A program made the translations under genes and the position numbers. Positions 20,859 to 31,495 of a stretch of DNA of 64,000 nt are shown piece after piece (position 1 is the stretch's first letter; each line of letters opens with the position of its first letter). The notes beneath the pieces were generated by a model. It searched no databases. It had not been told where the DNA came from and worked only from the letters and a program-made list of their open reading frames with translations. The stretch comes from Trueperaceae bacterium (GTDB lineage Bacteria; Deinococcota; Deinococci; Deinococcales; Trueperaceae), in assembly GCA_965213925.1 (NCBI GenBank), contig OZ243927.1, positions 1,120,001 through 1,184,000 of the forward strand, read 5' to 3'.

Positions 20859-21554
20859 GTTATGAGCGGCTCGAGACTTCAAAAAGCTAAGCAGCGCCTC
20901 GTTTACGGCGCGCACCGCTAGAGGCACGTTCCAAGCGCGTTTGTCGCGCTCCCCGACGATGTTGCTGACCCCGCGAAGCTCCGCGAAGGGCACGCCGAGT
21001 GCCAAACAAACCTGCGCCGCCGCTGCCCCCTCCATCGACTCCACCGAGAGGTCGAAACGCTCTCGCAGAGTTTCGGCTCCGCCGAACCTTCCTGTAACCG
21101 TTTCGGAGGTGCCAAAAACGCCCGGCACCGCGCCTGTGATTCTCTCCAAAGCCTCGGTCAACCCCTCGTCCGTTGGAAAGACGTTGTAGTGATGGTCTAA
21201 AAGAGGAAAGCCAACCTCTTCCATCCCCAACCAGCCTTTGTCCGTTACGACGCCCGTGTCAATGTGAACTTCTCGCGCCGCTACCGCGACCATCCCAACG
21301 CTCAAAAACGAGCCGACGTACGCCCCCCCTATACCGAACTGAATCACGCGCTCTGGTTGCAGAGTGTGGACGGCGAGCGCTAAACCCGCCGCCGTGTTGA
21401 CCTTAGCCACGCCCAGATGCGCCAAGCGAACCTCTTGAGCGTTGACGCTTCCCGAGTAGAGCTGACCTAACGGAAAGTCAAGTTCGCGGACCTCTTCTAG
21501 CGCTTCTCTTAAAGGTCTTCCTTCCATTTCGGTTGCGGTGATAAGTAGGGTCAT
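20853..21554 (-). CDS. mqnB: futalosine hydrolase (PNP/MTAN family)
   Basis: GVAKVNTA, FGIGGAY, ESMEGAAAA, RGVSNIVGERDKRAW. Confidence 0.8.
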   Translation of the reverse strand: MTLLITATEMEGRPLREALEEVRELDFPLGQLYSGSVNAQEVRLAHLGVAKVNTAAGLALAVHTLQPERVIQFGIGGAYVGSFLSVGMVAVAAREVHIDTGVVTDKGWLGMEEVGFPLLDHHYNVFPTDEGLTEALERITGAVPGVFGTSETVTGRFGGAETLRERFDLSVESMEGAAAAQVCLALGVPFAELRGVSNIVGERDKRAWNVPLAVRAVNEALLSFLKSRAAHNL

Positions 21555-21571
21555 TCGGATACGCTACCGCA

Positions 21572-22225
21572 CTAACGGACGCTCCAGCGCTCGAGGCCCG
21601 CCTCACCCTTGACCGTTACCCCTACAGGAAGAGGCTCGAAGACGAACGCCCTAAGGTCGCGACTCACTGCTTCTTGATAAAGTCTCGTTTCCAAAGCGCC
21701 AGAGCCCATCATCGCGCTTAGTAACCCGCCCTGCTCGAAAGCGACGAGTGCGCCCGCAACCTCATCTGCGCTATAAGCGGCAAAGCTGACGATGTCGGGC
21801 GAGCGCTGCATGGCGGCTGTAATGGCTGCGCCGAGCTGTACGCCGTAAGTAGGAAAACCGTAATGCTCGGCTAAATGCTCACCCAAAATGCGCCCTTGCG
21901 CCCAACTCACTTGCTCGGTCAAGAGGTCGTTACGTTGGAGAGGCTCTTCTACTTCGCGGAAGGTGAAGGCTTGCTCGAGGGTAAACTCACTCTCTTTTAG
22001 CACCCCATCAAACGCTTCATCTCGGACCGTCGGCAGAATGAGTGCAGGGACAATGCCTTTTTCTATGTACCAAGCAGCAATCTCTTGAACATCGTCTGCT
22101 CCTGGAAACCACGCCGCGTTGCTGAGGAGTAAGGGGACTTGAGAGTTGGCGAGAGTAACCGAGTTGCCGATGTTGACCTCTTCGGTAGCAACGCGCCGCC
22201 AAAAGATAAAAGCTAGCTCGTACAT
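21572..22225 (-). CDS. hypothetical protein (possibly degenerate GNAT fold)
   Basis: long ORF co-oriented with mqnB. Confidence 0.55.
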   Translation of the reverse strand: MYELAFIFWRRVATEEVNIGNSVTLANSQVPLLLSNAAWFPGADDVQEIAAWYIEKGIVPALILPTVRDEAFDGVLKESEFTLEQAFTFREVEEPLQRNDLLTEQVSWAQGRILGEHLAEHYGFPTYGVQLGAAITAAMQRSPDIVSFAAYSADEVAGALVAFEQGGLLSAMMGSGALETRLYQEAVSRDLRAFVFEPLPVGVTVKGEAGLERWSVR

Positions 22226-22301
22226 GAAGATGCTACAGAATGCAAGGCTATAAACCTATACGGGTATCTTGTGAGCTGAGAACGGTTCAAAGACACTAAA
22301 T

Positions 22302-23120
22302 TCACTCGACAATAGGATTAAGTTGAAGTCGCAAGTAAGTTCTATCGTCGTACCACTCTTGCTCAGGTGCAATTCCTCGGTTAGAGAGATGTGTCTCGAT
22401 AAGAAGAGGGTCTTGCTCTCGGATGGTCGCAAGGGACGCTTCACTTTCAGCGAGAGTTGGCAGAAGAACCGGATAACCGTCACTTGCTAAAACAACTGAG
22501 GAGGCATCAGTGGGCACGGGTATGACCTCGAGAAAACGCTTGGGGACGGGGTTTCCGTTGATGACTCCATACGCGAGCGGGTCTGTAGAATGATTGATGA
22601 GTGCAAATTGACTTTTGAAAAGAGGTGCTAGCGCCTCATTTCCAGGATCAGTACGGCGCAACTCTTCGACGCTATGACCGCGTACAAGGAGTCCCCGCGT
22701 AATGAGTGCGCGTGTCCGCGCAGTAATTTCATCGACTTGAATACCGCTATTTTCTCCTTTACCGTCGATAAGATACTGACAGTCTGCAACCCTCCAAATC
22801 TCTTGTCGGTGAAACGAATAGAGCACCACCGCGAAAGATGGCTTTCGTGTTGCTCTATGTGAATTATTCTGCTCAAACTCTCTTGCGAGAGCGGCGCTTA
22901 AACGTTCAACTGCGTCTTCAAGAGACACCTCTTTAGGTAGATTTGCAATCGTCTTTGCTCCGACATTAGCTGCGAACCTTCCTGACGAGATTCCTGCGAC
23001 TTCGAAGCTCGAGGTCGCACCATCAAGCACCGCGGCAAAATGGTCAGTTACGACAATGCGGTCATCGCCACCGTCATCAGAGCCGCGTTTCGAGCGAGTA
23101 AAAGACTCTACAACTTTCAC
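22302..23120 (-). CDS. PP2C-like phosphatase-fold protein
   Basis: DD..AVLDGAT, ASDGYP, DDRTY acidic motifs; lower GC than flanks. Confidence 0.6.
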   Translation of the reverse strand: MKVVESFTRSKRGSDDGGDDRIVVTDHFAAVLDGATSSFEVAGISSGRFAANVGAKTIANLPKEVSLEDAVERLSAALAREFEQNNSHRATRKPSFAVVLYSFHRQEIWRVADCQYLIDGKGENSGIQVDEITARTRALITRGLLVRGHSVEELRRTDPGNEALAPLFKSQFALINHSTDPLAYGVINGNPVPKRFLEVIPVPTDASSVVLASDGYPVLLPTLAESEASLATIREQDPLLIETHLSNRGIAPEQEWYDDRTYLRLQLNPIVE

Positions 23121-23153
23121 AGGAGTTGCTTAGGCAATGGTGGCACCGTGTAT

Positions 23154-24098
23154 CTACGCCTTCGCCGCCTGCGGAATATCGAGTAGCGCCTGCACGTACG
23201 CCGCCGCGTCATAAGGCTGCAAGTCCGCCGCGCTTTCGCCTACGCCGATGAATTTAATAGGTAACTCTAGCTCCTTGGCGATTGGTAAGAGAATTCCGCC
23301 CTTAGCGGTTCCGTCCAGCTTCGTCACAATCACGCCCGTCACCCCGACCGCTTCGTGAAACTTCTTCGCCTGCGCGAGTCCGTTTTGTCCCGTTACCGCG
23401 TCTAAAACGAGCCACACCTCTTTGGGTTCATCGGGGTCCGCTTTGCCGATGACGCGCTTGACCTTTTTAAGCTCCTCCATCAGGTTGTGCTTCGTGTGGA
23501 GGCGTCCGGCGGTGTCTACGAACAAGAGATCGTACCCCTTAGCGCGGCGCTGCTGCGCCCCGTCGAAGGCGACTGCGCCGGGGTCGGAGCCGTCCGGTCC
23601 GGTGACGGTGGGGATATTTAGACGGTCTCCCCACACGGAAAGCTGCGCGGTGGCGGCGGCGCGGAAGGTGTCGCCTGCGGCGAACATGACCTTTTTGCCG
23701 CTATTCTGGTAGTACTGACCGAGCTTGGCGATGGTCGTGGTTTTGCCGACGCCGTTGACGCCCACTACCATCACGACTTTACTCTTCACCTCGACGATGT
23801 TACGAGTAACATCTAAGTTGAATCCGACGCGGCGCAGTTTTTGGCGCATCTGGTCGGGCTCCAACTGGTCCATGAGCGCTTTTTCTAACGCTTCCTTAAA
23901 GGTCGAGCCGCGCTCGCGCTCGCGCTTCGCCTCTTCGACGACTTCGGCGGCGATCCGCGCCCCTGTATCCGCACCGATGAGGGCGAACTCCAGGTCGTCC
24001 CACTCCATCTCCCAACTACGGCTGAGGTCGCGCACGTCGGTGGTGAGCACGTCCCGCGTTTTGTTGAGTCCCTGTCTAAGCCTGTCAAACCACGCCAT
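23154..24098 (-). CDS. ftsY: SRP receptor FtsY
   Basis: GVNGVGKTTT, DTFRAAA, DTAGR, TKLDGTAKGG. Confidence 0.97.
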   Translation of the reverse strand: MAWFDRLRQGLNKTRDVLTTDVRDLSRSWEMEWDDLEFALIGADTGARIAAEVVEEAKRERERGSTFKEALEKALMDQLEPDQMRQKLRRVGFNLDVTRNIVEVKSKVVMVVGVNGVGKTTTIAKLGQYYQNSGKKVMFAAGDTFRAAATAQLSVWGDRLNIPTVTGPDGSDPGAVAFDGAQQRRAKGYDLLFVDTAGRLHTKHNLMEELKKVKRVIGKADPDEPKEVWLVLDAVTGQNGLAQAKKFHEAVGVTGVIVTKLDGTAKGGILLPIAKELELPIKFIGVGESAADLQPYDAAAYVQALLDIPQAAKA

Positions 24099-25615
24099 TA
24101 AGCTGCCTCGTTCCCTTTCTCGCTATCGCTGTCTCTCCGGTTCTTCTTATCCTTTTTTTCATCCTTTTGCGGTTTCTCCGGTTTATCGTCGGGCAGGTCA
24201 TCTGTGACCGTCGTCAGCGCTCGCCCGATGCGCGCCATCACGCGCTGGCGTCCTAACACCGAGACCAAATCCGTCACGCTTGGCGCGTTCGTTTTGCCCG
24301 TGAGCGCTGCTCTAAGCGGTTGCATGACTTTGCCCATTCCCACACTCTGCGACTGCACGTAGTCACGAATCGCATCGTCCACCGAGTCTACATCGTACGA
24401 GTCCAGCCGGGCGAATTCGCCCTCCATATCCTGCAAGTAGGTCTGTCCGCCTGCGATTTTCTTCTTCGCGTCGGGTGAATAGGTAAAGTCGTCGCGGAAG
24501 AAGTAGTCGTGCGTGACAAAATCCCTCAGCGTTTCAGCCCTCGGGCGTAACACATCGATGACGTCCAAGAGGTAATCTTCGTCATCCCAAGAGAGTCCCT
24601 TTTCTTTCAAAAGCGGCTCTACACGCTCCGCAACCTCTTCTAAGCTCAAGATATCGCGCAAATACTTCGCGTTGAAAAAGCGCAACTTCTTGAGGTCGAA
24701 GACAGGTCCGCCTAGTGAAACGCGCTTGAAAGAGAAATTGTCTGTCATGTCCTCTAAGTCGAAGAACTCGCGTCCGTCGGGCATACTCCAGCCCATTGTG
24801 CCGAGATAATTTAAGAGAGCCTCGGGCAAGATACCTTGCTCGCGGTACGAGTCTACGCTCGTGTCGTTTTTCCGCTTGCTGAGCCGCGTCTTGTCCGCGT
24901 TACGCAGAAGCGGTAGATGCGCGAACTTGGGCGCGTCCCAGCCGAACGCCTCGTAGAGTGTGACGTGAAGCGGCGTACTGACAACCCAGTCCTCACCGCG
25001 AACGACGTGTGTCACGCCCATGAGGTGGTCGTCCACCACGACGGCAAAGTGATAGGTCGGGAAGCCGTCGCTTTTCACCATCACCGCGTCGCGCAGCTCG
25101 CTGTTCGGCACGCGCACGACGCCGCGCAGTTCGTCATGAAAGCTCGTTTCGCCCTCATCGGGCGTTTTCAGACGGAGGACAAACGGCTCACCGTCGGCAG
25201 CTCGCTTATCAGACTCCTCTTTAGGAATATCCCTCGCTCGCCCGTCATAGCCACCTTTGGCTTCGCGGATGCTTGCCAGTTCCTCAGATGTTTCAAACGC
25301 GCGGTAGAGTGCGCCCTTCTCTAAAAGTTCATCCGCGTATTTCTTATAGATATCCTTGCGCTCGCTCTGGCGGTACGGCTCACTGGGTCCGCCTGCGTGG
25401 GGACCTTCGTCAGGGTTCAGCCCGAGCCACCCCATCATCTCTAAAATACGGCGCTCGCTCGTCTCGTTGTAGCGCGCCTGGTCGGTGTCTTCGATGCGCA
25501 AAATAAAGCTGCCGCCCTGCTGCTTGGTGAAAACATAATTGAAAAGCCCCACGTAAGCCGTGCCGACGTGCGGGTCGCCGGTAGGTGAGGGCGCGATGCG
25601 GGTTTTAACGGACAT
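24098..25615 (-). CDS. gltX: glutamate--tRNA ligase
   Basis: APSPTGDPHVG (HIGH) and RLSKR (KMSKS). Confidence 0.95.
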   Translation of the reverse strand: MSVKTRIAPSPTGDPHVGTAYVGLFNYVFTKQQGGSFILRIEDTDQARYNETSERRILEMMGWLGLNPDEGPHAGGPSEPYRQSERKDIYKKYADELLEKGALYRAFETSEELASIREAKGGYDGRARDIPKEESDKRAADGEPFVLRLKTPDEGETSFHDELRGVVRVPNSELRDAVMVKSDGFPTYHFAVVVDDHLMGVTHVVRGEDWVVSTPLHVTLYEAFGWDAPKFAHLPLLRNADKTRLSKRKNDTSVDSYREQGILPEALLNYLGTMGWSMPDGREFFDLEDMTDNFSFKRVSLGGPVFDLKKLRFFNAKYLRDILSLEEVAERVEPLLKEKGLSWDDEDYLLDVIDVLRPRAETLRDFVTHDYFFRDDFTYSPDAKKKIAGGQTYLQDMEGEFARLDSYDVDSVDDAIRDYVQSQSVGMGKVMQPLRAALTGKTNAPSVTDLVSVLGRQRVMARIGRALTTVTDDLPDDKPEKPQKDEKKDKKNRRDSDSEKGNEAA

Positions 25616-25762
25616 GGAGAGACCTCCTGAGGATGGTTCATTCGCTGCGTTGCCTGCTTCGTTTACAACGTTGGTGTAACTTTAGACACAAGCCAATTAA
25701 ACCCTAGTCTAGCTCAGCTAAAAAATTACCTTTGTTGTTTTAGCGTAGTTGAGGAAGGACTG

Positions 25763-25830
25763 AGAGAAAAGGACTGAGGACTGAGGTTTTTCTCTTTTCT
25801 CTCAGTCCTCAGTCCTTTTCTCTTTCAACT
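25763..25830. repeat. 23-bp inverted repeat built from GGACTGA heptamers
   Basis: agagaaaaggactgaggactgag / ctcagtcctcagtccttttctct, followed by ttcaact. Confidence 0.85.
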
Positions 25831-25836
25831 AAAGTC

Positions 25837-26712
25837 TCAGCGGTTGACCTCTTGTGTTGTCACGTTCGTTATCTCTTCTATAGCAGGGGCGTCTCTGGGC
25901 TCGAGCACTCCAAACGCGAGTAGCAGTGCAACGAGCGTTCCTAACCCGATGCGGTAAATCACAAAGGGTAGATACGAGTTCGTGCTGACGTAGCGTAACA
26001 GCCATGCAATCGAGGCGTAGCCGAAGATAAAGGCGAGCACCGTCGAGGTGAGCGTGAGCGCCCAACCAGGTCCGTCGCCCGCGAGCGCATCCGGGAGCTT
26101 ATAGAGCCCTGACGCCACCACTGCCGGAATCGCCAGAAGAAACGCATATCGCGCCGCCGCCGCCCGCTCGTAGCCTAAAAAGAGCCCCGCGCTAATCGTC
26201 GCCCCCGAGCGCGACACGCCGGGGATGAGCGCCAGCGCCTGCGCAAAACCGTACACGAGACCGTCGAAGAGATTGAGGTTATCCAGCGACTTCTCGGTAC
26301 GCGCCTGCCTATCGGCAATCCAGAGCACGATACCTAGCACGATAAGCGTAGTGGAGATGAGCCGCAAGTCCCGCGCTACCGTATCGATCTGGTCTTCAAA
26401 CAAAAGCCCTAAAATCGCGATCGGAAAGGTCCCTAAAATCACGTACCAGCCCATGCGGGCGTCTATCGTGCCGCGCAGCTCGGGCGTATAGAGCGCCTGA
26501 ATCCACGTCTTGCCGATGCGCCAGATATCGCGCCAGAAAAAGATGATCACGGCGGCTTCGGTACCGATTTGCGTGACGGCAGTGAAGGCTGCGCCGGGGT
26601 CGTCCCAGCCTAAGAGCGCGGGGACGATGCGGAGGTGGGCGCTGCTGGAAATCGGCAAGAACTCGGTGAGCCCTTGGACGATGCCTAAGATGATGGCTTG
26701 GAATGTGGTCAT
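25837..26712 (-). CDS. uppP: undecaprenyl-diphosphate phosphatase
   Basis: [14 protein letters not shown] and [12 protein letters not shown]. Confidence 0.95.
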   Translation of the reverse strand: MTTFQAIILGIVQGLTEFLPISSSAHLRIVPALLGWDDPGAAFTAVTQIGTEAAVIIFFWRDIWRIGKTWIQALYTPELRGTIDARMGWYVILGTFPIAILGLLFEDQIDTVARDLRLISTTLIVLGIVLWIADRQARTEKSLDNLNLFDGLVYGFAQALALIPGVSRSGATISAGLFLGYERAAAARYAFLLAIPAVVASGLYKLPDALAGDGPGWALTLTSTVLAFIFGYASIAWLLRYVSTNSYLPFVIYRIGLGTLVALLLAFGVLEPRDAPAIEEITNVTTQEVNR

Positions 26713-26880
26713 AGAGAGGTCCTTAGAAGATAGATAAGCTACGTGAGATATAACTGACGTATGTCACAGAAGGTCAAGATTGGGGCTCGAGCACGCTAAA
26801 GAGGTTATGGCTCGAGCCCTATACCAACGAGATAATACAGCCTTTTCGCCTAAGAAGCCTGTACGTATGTCCCAACCTCA

Positions 26881-26928
26881 AAAAGAAAAGAACTGAGGGA
26901 AACGTACAACCTCTTTTCCCTCAGTCCT
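26881..26928 (-). terminator. terminator after rpsI
   Basis: actgagggaaa/tttccctcagt stem followed by a T-rich tract on the minus strand. Confidence 0.7.
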
Positions 26929-26948
26929 AATAACTTTGAACTTGTGTT

Positions 26949-27341
26949 TTAGCGCTTGCTGTACTGCGGGGCGCGGCGTGCCTTGCGCAGACCGTACTTC
27001 TTGCGCTCGACCTCGCGTGCGTCGCGCGTCAGATAGCCGCCGGGCTTGAGCTTGGCGCGAAAGTCCGGGTTGACTTTGACTAAAGCGCGGGCGACGCCCA
27101 ATTTAATCGCGTCAGCTTGACCGCTCGGACCGCCACCCTTGACGGTGATGAGCGCGTCGTAGCGTCCAGCGGTGCCGGTGACTTTGAGAGGCTCTAAAGC
27201 TTGCACGCCCACAAAGATACCGCGAAAGTAGGTCTGGAAGTCCTTGCCGTTCACGATGATGCGTCCCTGTCCGGGGCGCAAAAACACGCGGGCGACGGAC
27301 GTTTTGCGGCGACCTGTGCCGTAATACTGTTCGAGTGCCAT
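26949..27341 (-). CDS. rpsI: 30S ribosomal protein S9
   Basis: [25 protein letters not shown]. Confidence 0.98.
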   Translation of the reverse strand: MALEQYYGTGRRKTSVARVFLRPGQGRIIVNGKDFQTYFRGIFVGVQALEPLKVTGTAGRYDALITVKGGGPSGQADAIKLGVARALVKVNPDFRAKLKPGGYLTRDAREVERKKYGLRKARRAPQYSKR

Positions 27342-27766
27342 TAGCGAAGCTCCATCTCTCTAGGCTGCTGCGCGCTATGCGGATGCGCCGTGCCGGGGTA
27401 GACCTTGAGGCGGCGGATCATCTTACGTCCTAAGCGGGTCTTGGGGAGCATCCCCCAGACGGCGTGCTCAATGATGCGCTCGGGGTGGCGGTTCAAGACG
27501 GTGCGGGCGTTGGTGACTTTTAAGCCGCCCTGATAGCCGCTGTAGCGGGTGTAGACCTTCTGGTCCATCTTTTTGCCCGTAAAGATCACCTTATCGGCGT
27601 TGATGACCACGACGAAGTCGCCGCAGAGCTGGTTCGGGGTAAAGTCGGGTTTGTGCTTGCCGCGCAGCAGGCTAGCGATTTGGGTGGCGATGCGCCCCAC
27701 CGTCTGCCCTTCGGCGTCTACGACCACCCAGTCACTGCCGGGGGTTTTAGGGAAATACGTCTTCAC
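27341..27766 (-). CDS. rplM: 50S ribosomal protein L13
   Basis: [26 protein letters not shown]. Confidence 0.98.
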   Translation of the reverse strand: MKTYFPKTPGSDWVVVDAEGQTVGRIATQIASLLRGKHKPDFTPNQLCGDFVVVINADKVIFTGKKMDQKVYTRYSGYQGGLKVTNARTVLNRHPERIIEHAVWGMLPKTRLGRKMIRRLKVYPGTAHPHSAQQPREMELR

Positions 27767-27929
27767 AGTTCACGTCCTCTAACTGGTTTCTACTTGCTGG
27801 TTTCTACTTACCGAGGTTTGCCGCGTCCTACCAAACGGAGCAAACAGGAAATTGCATGGGATTAGGTTGTGCTACTCGTTGTGCTCGAGCAGGATGGTCG
27901 GGGGTCTGCGCGGCACAAAACCAAAAGTG

Positions 27930-27958
27930 AGTCTATCACAAGCTGAGGTGGACGTAAA
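27930..27958 (-). promoter_or_regulatory. sigma70-type promoter of rplM-rpsI
   Basis: TTTACG-N17-TAGACT with an extended TG, ~160 nt upstream of rplM. Confidence 0.6.
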
Positions 27959-28180
27959 GGCGTGGTGAGGCTCGAGGTTGAACGGAAAACTGGTTGAGAT
28001 GAGGCTGTTTTATCTCAGAAAAAATGTTTCAACAGCCTACCAAATTGCAGAATTTTCCTGACGCGCTGACTAGCTGATAGGCTGAAATGCTCTTTTCCCT
28101 TGTCAGCACAGAGCACTTCATGAGATAATGAACCTATCAAATGGTGACAGCAATCTACACTAAGCACGAGGACGCGACAT

Positions 28181-29329
28181 ATGGCAGAGCGAAACGGTAA
28201 AAGTGAAGCGAGGGCGACGCAGGCAAAAGCTGAAGAACGTTTTTCTGTCGTATTTGAGACGACGCCCGCTCCGTCAGTCATTGTGCGGCTCGGCAACGTG
28301 CAGCACGTGGCAGTGAACGAGGGGTTTTTAGACGTTCTAGGATATGAGAAAGCGGATTTATTAGAGCGTACGTTTTACGAGGTGCAGCCTTACGACACAA
28401 CGTCTGAATTCGAGCGGGTGCTCACCGAGTTGCGGCAGGGCAGGGCAATTCGGCAGACCGAGATGAACCTCGAGACGAAATCCGGTGATAAAAAGCGTGT
28501 GATCATGTCGGCGAAGCCTATCGACTTGGACAATGAAGATTGCGCGGTTTTCGCCTTCTCGGACATCACCGAGCTTAGAGAGGTGCAGTCGCAGCTCGAG
28601 CAGGCCCGCCTCCGGCTCGCCCAGATGCGCGAGCGCGAGCGTTTGTCGTTAGCCCGCGAACTCCACGACGACGCGGTGCAGGGGCTCATCGGGCTCTCGT
28701 ATAAGTTGGCGCAAGAGAGTAAAGAGGCTAAAACGTGTAAGACGTGCGGTACGGGCTTCGCTGAGACGTTTAAGGGCTACCAACAAGAGGTGCTCGCGGT
28801 ATCAAAGCAACTGCGCGGCTTGATTCGCGGGCTGCGCCCTGCCGGGCTCGCCGAACTCGGTCTTAGCGCGGCGATAAGGAACTATGTGGAAAACTTTGCC
28901 GAGGAGGGGCGCGACCATGTGCCGGAGATCGTGCTCGAGCTAGCCGAAAGCAACGGCTATTTACCTAAAGACGACAAGACCGCGCAGCAGCTCTCGCTCT
29001 GCTTATTCCGCGCCACCCAAGAGGCACTTCGCAACGCCGCCACGCACGCTGAGGCCTCGAAGATCCGCGTAACACTCTCTTTTGACGACGATGCGAATGA
29101 AGCCGAGTTACAAATTCGAGATAACGGACGTGGCTTCGAAGTTCCTAACTCCTACGGTGCACTGGCCCGCGAAGACCACTTCGGGCTCGTCGGCACAGAC
29201 GAGTACGTGTCGGCGCTAGGGGGCGAGATGACCGTCGAGTCAGAACTCGGCGAGGGGACAACTGTAAGTGTTTATTTGCCGCTTACGGGTCCGCGTTACG
29301 AAATTCCCGCTATCCTTCTGAAGTCGTGA
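28181..29329 (+). CDS. cytoplasmic PAS sensor histidine kinase (HisKA_3/NarX-like)
   Basis: PAS domain, ARELHDD H-box, QEALRNAATHA N-box, DNGRGF, GTTV. Confidence 0.9.
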   Translation: MAERNGKSEARATQAKAEERFSVVFETTPAPSVIVRLGNVQHVAVNEGFLDVLGYEKADLLERTFYEVQPYDTTSEFERVLTELRQGRAIRQTEMNLETKSGDKKRVIMSAKPIDLDNEDCAVFAFSDITELREVQSQLEQARLRLAQMRERERLSLARELHDDAVQGLIGLSYKLAQESKEAKTCKTCGTGFAETFKGYQQEVLAVSKQLRGLIRGLRPAGLAELGLSAAIRNYVENFAEEGRDHVPEIVLELAESNGYLPKDDKTAQQLSLCLFRATQEALRNAATHAEASKIRVTLSFDDDANEAELQIRDNGRGFEVPNSYGALAREDHFGLVGTDEYVSALGGEMTVESELGEGTTVSVYLPLTGPRYEIPAILLKS

Positions 29330-29366
29330 GCGCTAAAAATGCCACCGTTTAAGCGTAAACTGCGCT

Positions 29367-29636
29367 ATGGTCTATCCCGCGTTCGACGCTAAAGAGGTCA
29401 CAGGCAACGTCTTGCTCAAAGACCCGAGTCTCATGGAGCTGTGGAAGTGGGCAGCGATTGATGGCAAGGTGCAAGCGCTCAGCGTGAAGGGCAAAAACTA
29501 CGCCGTGGTCAAGGATGAGGATTTGGCGGAGCGTATTCAAGCGGCAGGCGTCCCTACCTATCAGTACGACGATGAGACGAAGAGCCTCGAGTTAGACGCC
29601 ACGGCTATTTCGTCCCGGAGCCGTAAGAAGCGCTAA
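29367..29636 (+). CDS. hypothetical protein
   Basis: ORF with TAAACT -10 box 5 nt upstream (leaderless-like). Confidence 0.6.
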   Translation: MVYPAFDAKEVTGNVLLKDPSLMELWKWAAIDGKVQALSVKGKNYAVVKDEDLAERIQAAGVPTYQYDDETKSLELDATAISSRSRKKR

Positions 29637-29670
29637 GGGGTATTAGCATTGAGTGTCGAGCAATTGTGTT

Positions 29671-29738
29671 AGCAATGAGTACCGAGCAACGAGCAATGAG
29701 TGAAACCCTTTAGACTCATTGCTCGTTGCTTTCAACTC
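29671..29738. repeat. REP-like hairpin repeat, copy 1 (AGCAATGAGT family)
   Basis: 17-bp stem agcaacgagcaatgagt/actcattgctcgttgct; shares agcaatgagtaccgagcaa and ttgctttcaactc with 44601-44684. Confidence 0.85.
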
Positions 29739-29795
29739 TCAACATCTGAACCCGCTTTCAACCTGTTCTAAGCTGCCGCGCGGTACACTGCTTTC

Positions 29796-30677
29796 ATGCA
29801 ACTCGCCTACCAACTCTGGGACGTGTTTACCAAAAAAGCGTTAGCGGGCAACCCGCTCGCCGTCGTGCCGGACGCCGCTATATTGACGGACGCGCAGATG
29901 CAAGGAATCGCCAAAGAGTTTAACCTCTCCGAGACGAGCTTTTTGCTCCCTTCGAAAAAGGCGAGCGCCAGGGCGCGGTACTTTACGCCGACGCGCGAAC
30001 TGCCGGTGGCGGGGCACCCAAGCGTGGGAAGTGTGTACGCGCTGCATCAGCTCGGGCGTATTACGGACGAGGTGATGGTGACGCTCGAGCTTAAAGCCGG
30101 CGTTGCCCGCATGGGCTTAGAGCGGAGCGGCGACAAACTGAAGCGTGTGTGGATGAATCAAGGGACGCCGGAGCTGGTAAAGACGTGCGGGGATTCGAAC
30201 CAATTTGCAGAGGCGTTAGGGCTGGACAAGGACGACTTCTCAGACTTGCCTGCGCAGATTGTCAGCGCAGGGAACCCTTTTCTCATCGTTCCCGTGACCT
30301 CTTTAGACGCGCTCGCGAATATCAAGCTCAACTCTCTAGCGTTAGAGCGAGCGTTAAATGGTCAGGAGAGCGTTGGCGCGTTTGTTTTCACCAGCGAGGT
30401 GCGCGGTGTGGATGTGCGCTGCCGGATGTTCGGTGCGGCGGTGGGCGTGTCTGAAGACCCCGCGACGGGCAGCGCTCACGGACCGCTCGGCTGGTATCTA
30501 GCCGAACATGAGCAGCTTCGTTTTTCAGAAGACCGAGCCTCGTTCGTAAGCCATCAGGGGGTAGAAATGGGCAGGCCGAGCGAGGTATTAGTGACGCTCA
30601 AGCGGGATGAAGAAGGCGTCGAGGTCTACGTGGGCGGCTCAGCCGTTTTGGTCGGTGAAGGGGCGCTTTACCTGTAG
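29796..30677 (+). CDS. PhzF family isomerase/epimerase
   Basis: DVFT..AGNPLAV, NLSETSF, AGHP, EDPATGSA, QGVEMGRPS. Confidence 0.92.
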   Translation: MQLAYQLWDVFTKKALAGNPLAVVPDAAILTDAQMQGIAKEFNLSETSFLLPSKKASARARYFTPTRELPVAGHPSVGSVYALHQLGRITDEVMVTLELKAGVARMGLERSGDKLKRVWMNQGTPELVKTCGDSNQFAEALGLDKDDFSDLPAQIVSAGNPFLIVPVTSLDALANIKLNSLALERALNGQESVGAFVFTSEVRGVDVRCRMFGAAVGVSEDPATGSAHGPLGWYLAEHEQLRFSEDRASFVSHQGVEMGRPSEVLVTLKRDEEGVEVYVGGSAVLVGEGALYL

Positions 30678-30709
30678 TTAGGTATAGAAGTTAATTAGGC
30701 GGTGAATGG

Positions 30710-31495
30710 ATGCAGGGCACAAACACGAATAAGGGCGAGCGGTTACAAAAAGTATTAGCCCAAGCGGGCGTGGCGAGCCGCCGCAAGTCCGAAGACCTCA
30801 TCACGGCGGGCGAGGTGACGGTGAATGGGCAACGCGCCGAACTCGGGATGCGCGTGTCCCCGAGTGATGAGGTGCGCGTGTCGGGCGAGCTTGTCGGGCG
30901 GAAAAAAGCTAAGGACAACGTGACCTACGCCTTTTACAAACCCGCTGGTGTCCTCTCCTCGGTTTCGGACGATAGAGGGCGTAAAACGGTGATGGACTTC
31001 TTGCCCGGTGCCCCCGGATTGCATCCGGTGGGGCGTTTAGACTTGGAGTCTGAAGGGCTCTTGCTCCTCACTACGGACGGCGACTTGACCTTGCAGCTCA
31101 CCCATCCTCGTTATGAGCACGAAAAGGAGTACCGCGTGTGGTGCGACAAACTTGTGCCAAGTGAGGTGTTGCGGCGGCTTGAGGGGGGCGTCGCACTCGA
31201 GGACGGACCCGCTAAAGCCATCCGCGCCCACCGCGCTGAGGGCGGCTGCGTCCTCGTTTTGGGTGAAGGGCGCAACCACCAGGTGCGGCGGATGCTCGCG
31301 GCGTTTCGGCTCCGCGTCACGCGCTTAAAACGTACACGTATCGGCGGTTTGCGCTTGGAAGGTCTAAAAAGCGGCGAGTATCGTCTTTTGGAGGCGAAAG
31401 ACCTTGCGCGGCTCGGCTATACTTGGAACCATGACAAGTCGAACCGTAAGCCCGTTAAAACGTCAGGAGGGAAGCCGAGAGGTGGGACGAAGTGA
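30710..31495 (+). CDS. rRNA pseudouridine synthase (RsuA/RluB family)
   Basis: S4 domain ERLQKVLAQAGVASRR; GRLDLESEGLLLLT; EGRNHQVRRM. Confidence 0.92.
   Translation: MQGTNTNKGERLQKVLAQAGVASRRKSEDLITAGEVTVNGQRAELGMRVSPSDEVRVSGELVGRKKAKDNVTYAFYKPAGVLSSVSDDRGRKTVMDFLPGAPGLHPVGRLDLESEGLLLLTTDGDLTLQLTHPRYEHEKEYRVWCDKLVPSEVLRRLEGGVALEDGPAKAIRAHRAEGGCVLVLGEGRNHQVRRMLAAFRLRVTRLKRTRIGGLRLEGLKSGEYRLLEAKDLARLGYTWNHDKSNRKPVKTSGGKPRGGTK

Noticed and set aside
27783..27809. 14-bp tandem duplication in the rplM leader
   Set aside because: Only two copies; no function supportable beyond a possible ribosomal-protein leader
29643..29738. Possible CIRCE element or CRISPR array
   Set aside because: Does not match TTAGCACTC-N9-GAGTGCTAA; the repeats are short, lack unique regular spacers and have no cas genes nearby
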